DNA of 62,265 bases from Pirellulales bacterium (GCA_044358905.1 JBIKND010000002.1:1-62265), one strand, 5' to 3'; counted from the first letter of the stretch, positions 17,612 to 26,416 are shown. Notes: generated from the letters alone by a model not told the origin. Made by a program: numbers and translations.

Positions 17612-19855
17612 TCAGGCCTCGAGGAGGGCGCGATGCCGCGCGGCGCCGAGATCGACCACCTCGGTCGCCACCCCACCGAGAGACAGGATGCCGGCGATGC
17701 CGGTGGCCGACGCCGGCTGCAGCGGTGACTCGGCCGCGAGCACGTCGAGAATCGTGCCGACCGAGAGGCCCACGTCTCCGTCGAGCACGACGACGCTGAC
17801 GGTGTCGGCGGTGGCCGGGGCGCCACAGCCTGCCAGGATCGCATCGACGTCGGCCAGCGGCGTGAAGGCGTCGCCCCGGCGGACGACGGTCCGGTCGCCG
17901 ACCACCTGCAGGGCGGTGCGGGAGTGCTTCTCGAGTCGCACTACGTCGGCCAGTGGCACGGCCACCCGTCGGCCCGCGGGCGTGCCGCAGACGAGGTAGC
18001 GGTCGGCAATTTCGGCCGCCGGCACGACGACGGCCTCGGGCTCACGGTCCACCGGCGGCAGGCGGGCCGCCCGCAGCAGGCCACGGAGGTCCAGGATCAG
18101 GACCACGCCCCCGTCGCCGAGCACCGTGGCGCCGGAGTAGAGACCGAGGCCGGCGAGCAGGCCGCCGATCGGCTTGACGACGATGGTCGACAGGCTGGCG
18201 GCATCGAGCAGATCGCGGCAGCGGAAGTGGTCGGCACCGGACTGCATGCCGTCGACGACGAGGCCGAACTCCCGGTCGTCGACCCGCACGAGCACCACTG
18301 TGCCCTCCGTGCGGCAGGCAGTCGTCGCGCGGATGCCGAGGAATTGATCGAGGAACAGGATCGGCACGAGCCGGCCGCGGACCCGCATCACCGGCGCCTC
18401 CGGCAGGCCCTCGATCCGCGGGCCTTGGCGGTCGCGGGACACGGGCACGAGTTCGCCCACCGCCGACTGCGGAATGGCGAACCGCTCGCTGCCGCAGCGG
18501 AAGACGAGCGCCGGCATGATCGCCAGCGTGAGCGGAACATGCACCCGGACGGTCGTGCCGGCGCCGGGCACGCTGTGGATGTCGACCGTGCCGCCGATCG
18601 CCTCGATGTTGGTGCGCACGACGTCCATGCCGACGCCGCGGCCGGAGACGCTCGTCACGGCCGCCGCGGTGGAGAAGCCGGGCTCGAAGATGAACTGCAG
18701 CACGCGGTCCGGCGGCATGGTCGCCGCCTCCGCGGCGGACACGAGCCCCCGGGCGATCGCCTTCTCGCGGACTTTTTCGAAGGCGATCCCGCCCCCGTCG
18801 TCGGAGACCTCGATCGTCACCCGGCCGCTCTCGTTGAAGGCCCGCAGCGAGAGCCGGCCCGCCCGCGGCTTGCCGGCCGCCACGCGGGCCTCCGGCGTCT
18901 CGATGCCATGATCGACGGCGTTGCGGATCAGATGCGTGAGCGGGTCGCGGATGCTCTCGATCAGCGATCGATCGAGCTCGGTGTCGGCGCCGTCGATCGC
19001 CAACTGCACCTCCTTGCCGCAGGAGACGGCGAGGTCACGAACCGTGCGCGGGAAGCGACTGAAGACGTGCTCGACTGGCTGGAGCCGCGTCCGGACCGCG
19101 GTTTCCTGGAGGGCGTTGGTCACGGCGTTGATCCGCTGCGTGCACGCCTGCACGGCGGGGTCGTCGCTGTCGACGCTGCGCAACTGGTTGCGGGCGAGCA
19201 CCAGTTCGCCGACGAGGTCGAGGATCGAGGCGAGCAGGCCGACGTCGACCCGGATGGTGGAGTCGACGATGGTGGGGCCGGCCGGGGCCGCAGCCGGGGG
19301 CTCGGGCGGTGCGGGGGGCGGTGCCGTGGCGGCGTTGGTCGGCGGCGCCTGGGGTGCGGCTGGCGCCGCGGGGACCGGTGGCGGGACTGGCTCGGCAGCG
19401 ACCGATGCGGCGGGCGTCGGCACGCGAGGGGCGGATGGCGGTGCGGCCGTGACGGCCGGCGTTCCCTCCTCGTCCGCTGCCACGGCCGCGAGCGATCGCG
19501 AGAGATCGCGGTAGTCGTGCTCGCCCTCCGCGCCGGTCGCTTCGATCGTCCGCAGGATCGTCCGCACGGCATCGACCATCGAATACAGCGATCCGGTCAC
19601 GCGATCGTTGAGCGTGAGCTTGCCGTCCCGGAGCTTGCCGAGCAGGTGCTCGCCGCTGTGGGCGAGGGCGCCGAGCTTCGAGAAACCGAAGAAACCGCTG
19701 TTTCCCTTGATCGTGTGGACGGTGCGGAAGATGCTCGCCACGCGCTGCGAATCGTCGGGGTGCTCCTCGAGCGCGAGCAGATCGCGGTCAAGCTGGTCGA
19801 GGTTCTCGCTCGATTCGACGAGAAACTCGCCGATGAACTCGCGGTTGTCGCTCAT
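17612..19855 (-). CDS. cheA: Chemotaxis histidine kinase CheA (Hpt - Pro/Ala linker - dimerisation - HATPase - two CheW-like domains; no receiver)
   Basis: Hpt motif FRTVHTIKGNSGFFGF. HATPase motifs HLIRNAVDHGIE, DDGGGI, GRGVGMDVV. P5 CheW-like domain, followed by a second CheW-like domain at the C-terminus. Confidence 0.93.
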   Translation of the reverse strand: MSDNREFIGEFLVESSENLDQLDRDLLALEEHPDDSQRVASIFRTVHTIKGNSGFFGFSKLGALAHSGEHLLGKLRDGKLTLNDRVTGSLYSMVDAVRTILRTIEATGAEGEHDYRDLSRSLAAVAADEEGTPAVTAAPPSAPRVPTPAASVAAEPVPPPVPAAPAAPQAPPTNAATAPPPAPPEPPAAAPAGPTIVDSTIRVDVGLLASILDLVGELVLARNQLRSVDSDDPAVQACTQRINAVTNALQETAVRTRLQPVEHVFSRFPRTVRDLAVSCGKEVQLAIDGADTELDRSLIESIRDPLTHLIRNAVDHGIETPEARVAAGKPRAGRLSLRAFNESGRVTIEVSDDGGGIAFEKVREKAIARGLVSAAEAATMPPDRVLQFIFEPGFSTAAAVTSVSGRGVGMDVVRTNIEAIGGTVDIHSVPGAGTTVRVHVPLTLAIMPALVFRCGSERFAIPQSAVGELVPVSRDRQGPRIEGLPEAPVMRVRGRLVPILFLDQFLGIRATTACRTEGTVVLVRVDDREFGLVVDGMQSGADHFRCRDLLDAASLSTIVVKPIGGLLAGLGLYSGATVLGDGGVVLILDLRGLLRAARLPPVDREPEAVVVPAAEIADRYLVCGTPAGRRVAVPLADVVRLEKHSRTALQVVGDRTVVRRGDAFTPLADVDAILAGCGAPATADTVSVVVLDGDVGLSVGTILDVLAAESPLQPASATGIAGILSLGGVATEVVDLGAARHRALLEA

Positions 19856-20014
19856 CCCCTCGGACGGCCTGGCGGGCCGGACCTTGGCGCCTGCGTTAAC
19901 GGTGCGGAATGCGGCGACCTTGCCGCCCTGCCGTCTCGGTCAAGCATACACCGCGATTCACGCCGCCGGGCGCCGGTCCGACCGGTGCGACCGTCAGGAT
20001 CGGTCTCCTGGCAA

Positions 20015-21286
20015 TCACGGAGTTCCGGCGGCTAGCCGGAGCGCCTCCGCGGTCCGCTGGGCGTCGAGCAACGGCCACAGCGCGTCGATGTCGTCCTTGA
20101 AGATGTCGCCGATGAGGATGTCGGTGATCAACGCCTTGCGGTCGGGGTGGGAGCGGACGAACCGGCCGAAGTTCAGGCCGTCGTAGAAGGCGCACACGAG
20201 TTTCCGCATCCGCTCCAGGCCCGCGACGTAGCCGGGGCCCCAGCAGCCGAGCCGATTCGCCGACACGTCTCCCGCCGCCAGAGCGGCGACGATCGCATCC
20301 GCCGCCAGCGTACCGCTCTTGAGGGCCAGGAGGATGCCGGACGAATACAGCGGATCGAGGAACCCAAAGGCGTCGCCCACGAGCACCCAGCCGTCTCCGG
20401 CCACCTGCCGGGATCGGTACGAATATTCCTTGGCCACGCGGAAGGGCCCGATCTGCTCGGCGGACGCGATCCGCGGTTGCACGCCGGGGCAGCGATCGAC
20501 CTCCTCGAAGAAGATTGCTTCCGCATCCTTGCCGGGACGTTCCTTGAACAGGTAGTCGAACGGCGCGACGACGCCGACGCTGACGACGTCGTCCTGCAGC
20601 GGGATGTACCAGAACCAGCCCTTCTTGCCGCGGGTCTGCATCACGAGCGTGGAGCCTGCGTCACGCCCGGTGTCGCGAGCGGCCCCTTTCCAGTACGTCC
20701 AGATCGCCGCCTTCTTGAGGACCGGGTCCCATTCGCGGAGGCCGAGCCGATCCTGGATGATGCAACTCTGTCCGGCAGCGTCGACCACCACCTGGCAGCG
20801 GATCGTCTCTTCGGTCCCGCGATCGTCGACCACACGCACGCCGACCGCCCGGCCACCCTCGAAGAGCACGTCGAGCACCCGCACGCCCTCGCGGACCTCG
20901 GCCCCGTGTTCCCGGGCGTTGTCGAGCATCATGGTGTCGAACTCGGCTCGGCTTACCTGCCAGGTACGGGCGCTCTCATGAGGCTTATAGTCGGCGAAAT
21001 AGAAAGGCTCGGACAGCCGCCCCTGCTCGGAGACGAACTGCACGCTGTGCTTCTCCACGAACGGGCTGCCGCGCAACTTGGGGAGCATGCCCAACCGGTC
21101 GAGTGCCCAGAACGTCTCGGGAATCAGCGACTCACCGATGTGGTAGCGGGGAAACCGCTCCCGCTCCAGCACGAGGACGCGCCGGCCTTCCTTGGCCACG
21201 AGCGTGGCGGCGGTGGCCCCGGCCGGGCCGCCGCCGATGACGACGACCTCCGGGTCGACGGACCGGATCATGGTGAAGTCCTCCAC
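20015..21286 (-). CDS. FAD-dependent oxidoreductase with flavin-dependent halogenase signature motifs
   Basis: GxGxxG (VIGGGPAG), GESLIP, WxWxIP motif (GWFWYIPL), and GDAFGFLDPLYSSG, which matches Fx.Px.Sx.G. About 420 aa, the usual size of non-Trp flavin halogenase or geranylgeranyl-reductase-like enzymes. Confidence 0.75.
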   Translation of the reverse strand: MEDFTMIRSVDPEVVVIGGGPAGATAATLVAKEGRRVLVLERERFPRYHIGESLIPETFWALDRLGMLPKLRGSPFVEKHSVQFVSEQGRLSEPFYFADYKPHESARTWQVSRAEFDTMMLDNAREHGAEVREGVRVLDVLFEGGRAVGVRVVDDRGTEETIRCQVVVDAAGQSCIIQDRLGLREWDPVLKKAAIWTYWKGAARDTGRDAGSTLVMQTRGKKGWFWYIPLQDDVVSVGVVAPFDYLFKERPGKDAEAIFFEEVDRCPGVQPRIASAEQIGPFRVAKEYSYRSRQVAGDGWVLVGDAFGFLDPLYSSGILLALKSGTLAADAIVAALAAGDVSANRLGCWGPGYVAGLERMRKLVCAFYDGLNFGRFVRSHPDRKALITDILIGDIFKDDIDALWPLLDAQRTAEALRLAAGTP

Positions 21287-21436
21287 GAAAACCGTAGACG
21301 GCCCGCCCGATCCGTCAACCTCGGGGGTCGCAGGCTATGGAACATGTCTGCCGCCGCTGCCGACCGGCGAAAACCTTGGCTTTTCGCCCGGTCGGCCGAG
21401 TGGACAAAGGCCATGGAGGGCTTTGTCCACGTACAA

Positions 21437-21763
21437 TCAAGACTCGAACTTTTGCAGGGCTTCCAGGGCGGCCAGCGCCCGGGCGGTGCCGCCGAACTGG
21501 CTGACGAGCTTCTTGGCCGCCAACAGGTCCTCGATCGAGATCGCCCCGCTCCGGCCGCCCGCCGCGGCCGCCTTCCGGCCCCGCGACGGCCGCAGGCCCA
21601 TGCGCTTGAGCACCATGCTGACCTGCGGCGAGGAAACGGTGACGCCCTGCTTCTTGAGGGCGGCGATGATCACCACCGGACGCGGCTTCTCGCCTTTGTC
21701 CTGCATGGCCTTGGCGGCTTTGCGGATCTCCTCGGACTTGTTGACACCCTTCTTTTCGGCCAT
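21437..21763 (-). CDS. Small Lys/Ala-rich hypothetical protein
   Basis: 108-aa ORF with coding-like composition (MAEKKGVNKSEEIRKAAKAMQDKGEKPRPVVIIAALKKQG...). An unusually AT-rich divergent promoter region lies upstream. No family recognised. Confidence 0.6.
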   Translation of the reverse strand: MAEKKGVNKSEEIRKAAKAMQDKGEKPRPVVIIAALKKQGVTVSSPQVSMVLKRMGLRPSRGRKAAAAGGRSGAISIEDLLAAKKLVSQFGGTARALAALEALQKFES

Positions 21764-21879
21764 CGTTTCGTATGCTCCGGCAAAGTTCGGTACTATGAAA
21801 TCTCACAGGATGTAAACATACATTCAAAACGCCAGGATACAAGGATGCCGCCGTCAGCCCTGATTTCCCGCGACCGCGA

Positions 21880-22980
21880 GTGCCGCCGCCTGTGACCTGC
21901 AATCCATCCGATATCGCCCTGATGCGTCGGGCGCTCGATCTGGCCAGTCGCGGCGCTGGGCACGTGGAGCCCAATCCGCAGGTGGGGGCGGTCGTGGTCG
22001 CGCCCGACGGCGCGATCGTGGGCGAGGGATGGCATGCCGTCTACGGGGGGGCACACGCCGAAGTCGCGGCGCTCGCCGCCGCCGGTCCGGCCGCCCGCGG
22101 CGCAACACTCCATGTGACTCTCGAGCCGTGCTGTCATCATGGGAAGACTCCTCCCTGCACCGCGGCGATCATCGCAGCGGGCATCGCGCGCGTGGTCGTC
22201 GCGGCCGGTGATCCCTTCCCTGCCGTCGCCGGCCGCGGGATCGCCGCGCTGCGGGCGGCCGGCATCGCCGTCGAGACAGGCGCGCTCGAGGCCGAGGCGT
22301 GCCGCCTGATCGCGCCGTTTCGCAAGCTCGTCGAGACCGGCACGCCGTGGGTGATCGCCAAGTGGGCGATGAGCCTCGACGGCCGATTGGCGGCGGCGCC
22401 GGGTGCCGACCGCTGGATCAGTTCCCCCGAGTCGCGCGCCCTCGTTCACGCTCTCCGCGGACGGATCGACGCGATCGCCGTCGGCATCGGCACGGTGCTG
22501 GGAGACGACCCACTGCTCACCGCGCGGCCGCCGGGCCCACGGCAGCCGCTGCGGATCGTGCTCGACTCGACCGCGCGGCTGCCGCTGACGGCGGCCCTCG
22601 TCCGCACCGCCCGCGAGGTGCCGGTGCTGGTCGCGGCCGGTCCCGCGGCCGACGCCGCCCGCGTCGGGGCGCTGCGGGAGGCCGGCTGCGAGGTCTGGCA
22701 GGGAGCTGCCGAGGCGCCGATCGAACGGCTGCGGGAGTTGCTCGGCGAACTGGGCCGCCGTCGGATCACGAACCTCATGGTCGAAGGCGGGCCGGCCGTG
22801 CTCCGCACGCTCTTCGCTGCCGGCGCGGCGGATGAGATCCAGGCCTTCGTGGCGCCGCGGGTGATCGGCGGCGACCCCGCCGCGCTGCCCACGCTCCCCG
22901 ACGTGCCTGCCTGTGACGTCGAGGAGGTCGCCCTGCCCGGCGGCGACATCCTCCTCCGCGGCCTCGTGCGCCAGCGCTAG
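21880..22980 (+). CDS. ribD: Bifunctional riboflavin biosynthesis protein RibD (pyrimidine deaminase / uracil reductase)
   Basis: Deaminase zinc motifs HAEVAAL and TLEPCCHHGKTPPC. C-terminal RibD reductase domain (WVIAKWAMSLDGRLA, VEGGPAVL). Confidence 0.9.
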   Translation: MPPPVTCNPSDIALMRRALDLASRGAGHVEPNPQVGAVVVAPDGAIVGEGWHAVYGGAHAEVAALAAAGPAARGATLHVTLEPCCHHGKTPPCTAAIIAAGIARVVVAAGDPFPAVAGRGIAALRAAGIAVETGALEAEACRLIAPFRKLVETGTPWVIAKWAMSLDGRLAAAPGADRWISSPESRALVHALRGRIDAIAVGIGTVLGDDPLLTARPPGPRQPLRIVLDSTARLPLTAALVRTAREVPVLVAAGPAADAARVGALREAGCEVWQGAAEAPIERLRELLGELGRRRITNLMVEGGPAVLRTLFAAGAADEIQAFVAPRVIGGDPAALPTLPDVPACDVEEVALPGGDILLRGLVRQR

Positions 22981-23130
22981 AGCGCTTTCGACTTAGGTGT
23001 AGCACCGGCTCGGGGGCGCATGAGTTGCGTCGCTGGCGAAAGTCCGTGTCTTGGCCTTGCGTTCCTCGGCCAAGACAGTCCGCATCCTCACGCCGACCCC
23101 CTCGCCTGCAATCTCTGGTCGACTTCCCTA
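22978..23130 (+). repeat. Intergenic structured repeat, family 1 (subfamily 2), copy c
   Basis: Starts with the ribD TAG (22978-22980). Left terminus TAGAGCGCTTTCGACTTAGGTGTAGCACCGGCTCGGGGGCG. Right part CGCCGACCCCCTCGCCTGC is shared, reverse-complemented, with copies a/d/f. Ends at CTA 23128-23130, the stop of the minus-strand gene. Confidence 0.8.
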
Positions 23131-25395
23131 CGGCTTCGCCGGCATGTCGCGGATGACGTTGCGCCAGTGCGTGACCGTCGCCTCGTCGACGATTGCCGTT
23201 TCGGCGGTGGCGGCCCGGAAGCACTTCGCCACCTCGAGCGCCACGGCGACGTGCTCGAGTGCCTCCTTCGCCTCCGCCGTCTCGTCCTCGGCGGAGAGTT
23301 CCTCGTCCGCATCCACGCGGCCGTCGCGTTGCTGCGCGCAGCCGTAGCGGGTGACGTACACGACCCAGGGCCGGATCGCGTCGACGAGGCCGGCGAAGTC
23401 GAGGGCGGCCGCCCCGGCGAGCGGCTCCTCGAAGGTGGCGAGCTGTGAGCCGGTTTCGATGCGTCCCGCCGCCAGCAGCCGGCCGGCCTGCGCGGGCACG
23501 AGCGAGAACACGGCCGCCTCTTCGCCGACACCGATCGCCGGACGGAGCTGCTCATCGAGGCCCGACTCGGGCAGCGCGAACGACCAGATCGAGCCGGCCC
23601 CGACCTTCGCCTTCTCCGGCTCGGGCACCTCGTAGCCCGCCGGCACGGCGTTGGGATCCATCGCGCGTGCGGCGTCGACGAGGTCGTCGGCGAGCGCGAA
23701 GAGATCGCTCAAGCCCTCGCGGAACAGCTTCGGATCGGCCAGCGGCAGCACGATGGCCGGCTCGATCAGCGGCAGCGGCTCGGCCGAGGCCGGCAGGTCC
23801 TTCTGCACGCGGGTCGTCTTCGTCTTGGCGTCGAGCACGAGGCCCACCTGACCGTCGGCGAGCGCCGGCACGATCTTTTTCCGCAGCACGTCCACGAGTT
23901 TGGTGCCCAGCGGGACGACGTGCTCATCGAAGGCCTCGACCTTTTCCCGGTCGTCGTCGTCCGTCCGCTGCAGGCCGTATTTCATGAACAGGCCCCAGCC
24001 GCCCGCCGCCAGCGCCGCCAGGTCGTCGAGCAGGGCCGGATCGGACTTGATCCGCGACACGATCGCCGCCAAAGGCGCGCCGCCGACGTGCTCCAGCAGG
24101 TCGAGCCGCCGCGAGCCGTCGAAGGGCTGATTCCGCGCCCAGTCCCAGGCGAAGCCCTCGTAGCCCTGGTCGGTCAGAAACGAGAAGGCGAGCCAGGGGC
24201 CGGGCTCGGGCAGCCGTCGGCCCAGGTCTTTCTCGGCCTTGGCGAGCAGGCGTTGCGTGTCGGCGGCCGCCTCCGCGGGGAGGTCCGCCTGCTGGATCGC
24301 GGCGTCGGCGGCCTGGTTCAGCATCCGAAAGCCGCTCGTGGCACTGTCCTTGTTGAGGTCGGCCATCTCATCGCTGACGTACGAGATCGCGGTGATCGGC
24401 TTGTCCTTGTGGTCCCGGAGCTTGGCGAACGGCAGGGTGTCGAGGAGCCCCTGGCGGCCGCTGCCCGCCACGGCGAGTTTCTGCAGGTGGTCGATCGAGT
24501 CGCCGATCGAGAGAATCACGCGGTCGCCGATCACGCCCAGCGCGACGACGACGTCGAGGGTCCGCAGCCGGTCGAGCACCTTCTCCAGGTCGGCCGTGTC
24601 GTCGAGCCCTTCGGCCAGTTCGTTTTCCAACTCACCCCACGGCAGCTGGTCGCCGTTGACCTTGAAGGCCACGACCTCGCCGCCGGCGATCGGCTTGCGT
24701 ACGAGTGCGTTTGCCATGTCGGGATTCGCCTGGGTCACGAGCTTGAGCAGCACCTCGATCCGCTTGAGCTGCGACTTCGCGGCGTCGAGTTTCGTGGTCC
24801 GGAAGCCCCAGACGACGTCGGGCACCACGAGGAGATCGAGGTTCGCCGCCAGTCCCTTCACGATCGCGGCTTTCTGCACGCCCGGGAGCGTGTCGGCGTC
24901 GCCGCCGCCGAGTTCCGCTTGCAGCGGGGCCGTGCCCTGCAACTCCTGCACCTTCTGAAGCAGCTTGAGGAACGCGATGCACGAAGGCTCGCCGTAGACG
25001 AACGTGTCGGTGGCCACCATGTCGGCGAGTACGTCGAGAGCCTGTTCGTTCTCCGGGAGCTGCATGAAGGTCTCGACCATCGAGAACGGGCTGCCCGGCA
25101 TCGACCGCTGCTCCTCGAGCGAGTCGAAGGCCCGCCGCAACGCCGGCAACTCCTTGAGCGCGGCAAACGCGTTGCTTTTGACAAATCGATCGTATTGCTC
25201 GCGGGCCCGGAGGGTCGCCGACAGGAAGGCCGCGTCGGCGGGGACGACGGCCGCCGCGCTCTCCGCGAGCCCAGCGGCCCGGCCGGGCCTGGCCGGCGTC
25301 ACGGCAGCGAGCAGCAGCGCCGCGGTGACGAGCCGCAGCCGGGTCGGCAGGATGACGCGGTGGCGGGGCAGCAACGCGAAAAACACGCAGCACAT
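23128..25395 (-). CDS. Large secreted hypothetical protein (no recognisable domain)
   Basis: 755-aa ORF. The N-terminus has a hydrophobic signal-like segment (LRLVTAALLLAAVTPARPGRAAG). Amino-acid usage is balanced and coding-like (many D/E/K/L/F), unlike the shadow ORFs. Confidence 0.7.
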   Translation of the reverse strand: MCCVFFALLPRHRVILPTRLRLVTAALLLAAVTPARPGRAAGLAESAAAVVPADAAFLSATLRAREQYDRFVKSNAFAALKELPALRRAFDSLEEQRSMPGSPFSMVETFMQLPENEQALDVLADMVATDTFVYGEPSCIAFLKLLQKVQELQGTAPLQAELGGGDADTLPGVQKAAIVKGLAANLDLLVVPDVVWGFRTTKLDAAKSQLKRIEVLLKLVTQANPDMANALVRKPIAGGEVVAFKVNGDQLPWGELENELAEGLDDTADLEKVLDRLRTLDVVVALGVIGDRVILSIGDSIDHLQKLAVAGSGRQGLLDTLPFAKLRDHKDKPITAISYVSDEMADLNKDSATSGFRMLNQAADAAIQQADLPAEAAADTQRLLAKAEKDLGRRLPEPGPWLAFSFLTDQGYEGFAWDWARNQPFDGSRRLDLLEHVGGAPLAAIVSRIKSDPALLDDLAALAAGGWGLFMKYGLQRTDDDDREKVEAFDEHVVPLGTKLVDVLRKKIVPALADGQVGLVLDAKTKTTRVQKDLPASAEPLPLIEPAIVLPLADPKLFREGLSDLFALADDLVDAARAMDPNAVPAGYEVPEPEKAKVGAGSIWSFALPESGLDEQLRPAIGVGEEAAVFSLVPAQAGRLLAAGRIETGSQLATFEEPLAGAAALDFAGLVDAIRPWVVYVTRYGCAQQRDGRVDADEELSAEDETAEAKEALEHVAVALEVAKCFRAATAETAIVDEATVTHWRNVIRDMPAKP

Positions 25396-25447
25396 GGGCG
25401 GGATCCTCTGGGCGGGGCGGGGCGACGGACCGATCGCTCGCTAGCAT

Positions 25448-26416
25448 ATGCGAATCCGTGGCCCGGAGAACACCGGTTTCAGTCCGGCCACGAGCCCGAC
25501 GGCGTCGCCAGGAACATCGCTCGTGCACATCGAATCCACATGGATCGCCGATACGTTCGCCGAGGCCTTCCGGCTTCGGTTCACGCGGCTGATCGTCACT
25601 GCCCACGATGCCCATTGGCTCGACGCCGCCGTGCGGGCGGCCTGCGGCTACGGCACGAGCGTGATCGGATGCGATGCGGAAGTCGGCGTGGAGCGGATGC
25701 TGACGGCCACTGAAACCCCGGACGGACGCCCGGGCGCGGCGCTGCTGGCCTTCGCGTTCTCGACGGAGGCCCTCGGCAAGGCGGTGGCCAATCGCACGTC
25801 GCAGTGCCTGCTCACCTGCCCGACGACGGCGGTTTTCGACGGCTTGCCAACGGCCGAGGAGCGGGTCCCGCTCGGGAGCCACGCGCGATTTTTTGGTGAC
25901 GGTTTCGAGAAGTCGAAGGTCCTCGACGGGCGGCGGTTCTGGCGGATCCCCGTGATGGACGGCGAGTTCCTGATCGAGGAGTCGGTGGGCGTGGACAAGG
26001 GCGTCGGGGGCGGCAATTTCATTCTGCAGGCGCGGAGCCTCGATCACGGTCTGGCCGCGGCCCGCCGTGCCGTCGCCGCGATCGCTCCGATGGCCGGGGT
26101 GATCACACCTTTCCCCGGCGGCGTCGTCCGTTCCGGCAGCAAGGTCGGCTCGCGATACGCGGCGCTGCGGGCCTCCACCAACGACGCCTTTTGTCCGGCG
26201 CTCGTGGGCCGGGCGGGCGGAGAACTGCTCCCTGAAGTCGCCTGTGCACTGGAGATCGTGATCGACGGGATCGACGAGGCGGCGGTTGCGGCCGCGATGG
26301 CGGCGGGATTGCGGGCCGCCGCCGGCCCCGATGTGCCGGCGATCTCGGCCGGCAACTACGGTGGCAAACTGGGCAAGTTCCACTTCCATCTTCGCCAGAT
26401 TCTCGGCGCGGCGTGA
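25448..26416 (+). CDS. fhcD: Formylmethanofuran--tetrahydromethanopterin N-formyltransferase (Ftr / FhcD-like)
   Basis: Collinear with archaeal Ftr as I remember it: IADTFAEAF, GYGTSVIGC, ETPDGRPG, FFGDGFE...DGRRFWRIPVMDGEFLIEES, GGGNF, PFPGGVVRSGSKVGS, ASTNDAFCP, ISAGNYGGKLGKFHFHL. Confidence 0.88.
   Translation: MRIRGPENTGFSPATSPTASPGTSLVHIESTWIADTFAEAFRLRFTRLIVTAHDAHWLDAAVRAACGYGTSVIGCDAEVGVERMLTATETPDGRPGAALLAFAFSTEALGKAVANRTSQCLLTCPTTAVFDGLPTAEERVPLGSHARFFGDGFEKSKVLDGRRFWRIPVMDGEFLIEESVGVDKGVGGGNFILQARSLDHGLAAARRAVAAIAPMAGVITPFPGGVVRSGSKVGSRYAALRASTNDAFCPALVGRAGGELLPEVACALEIVIDGIDEAAVAAAMAAGLRAAAGPDVPAISAGNYGGKLGKFHFHLRQILGAA

Noticed and set aside
17924-20035. 703-aa plus-strand ORF antisense to cheA
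   Set aside because: It has no recognisable domains and a shadow-type composition. The cheA frame has Hpt, HATPase and CheW motifs.
21764-21879. FMN riboswitch upstream of ribD
   Set aside because: The region is short (116 nt), unusually AT-rich and promoter-like, and I could not see the conserved FMN-element core helices. An Infernal scan would be needed to exclude it formally.
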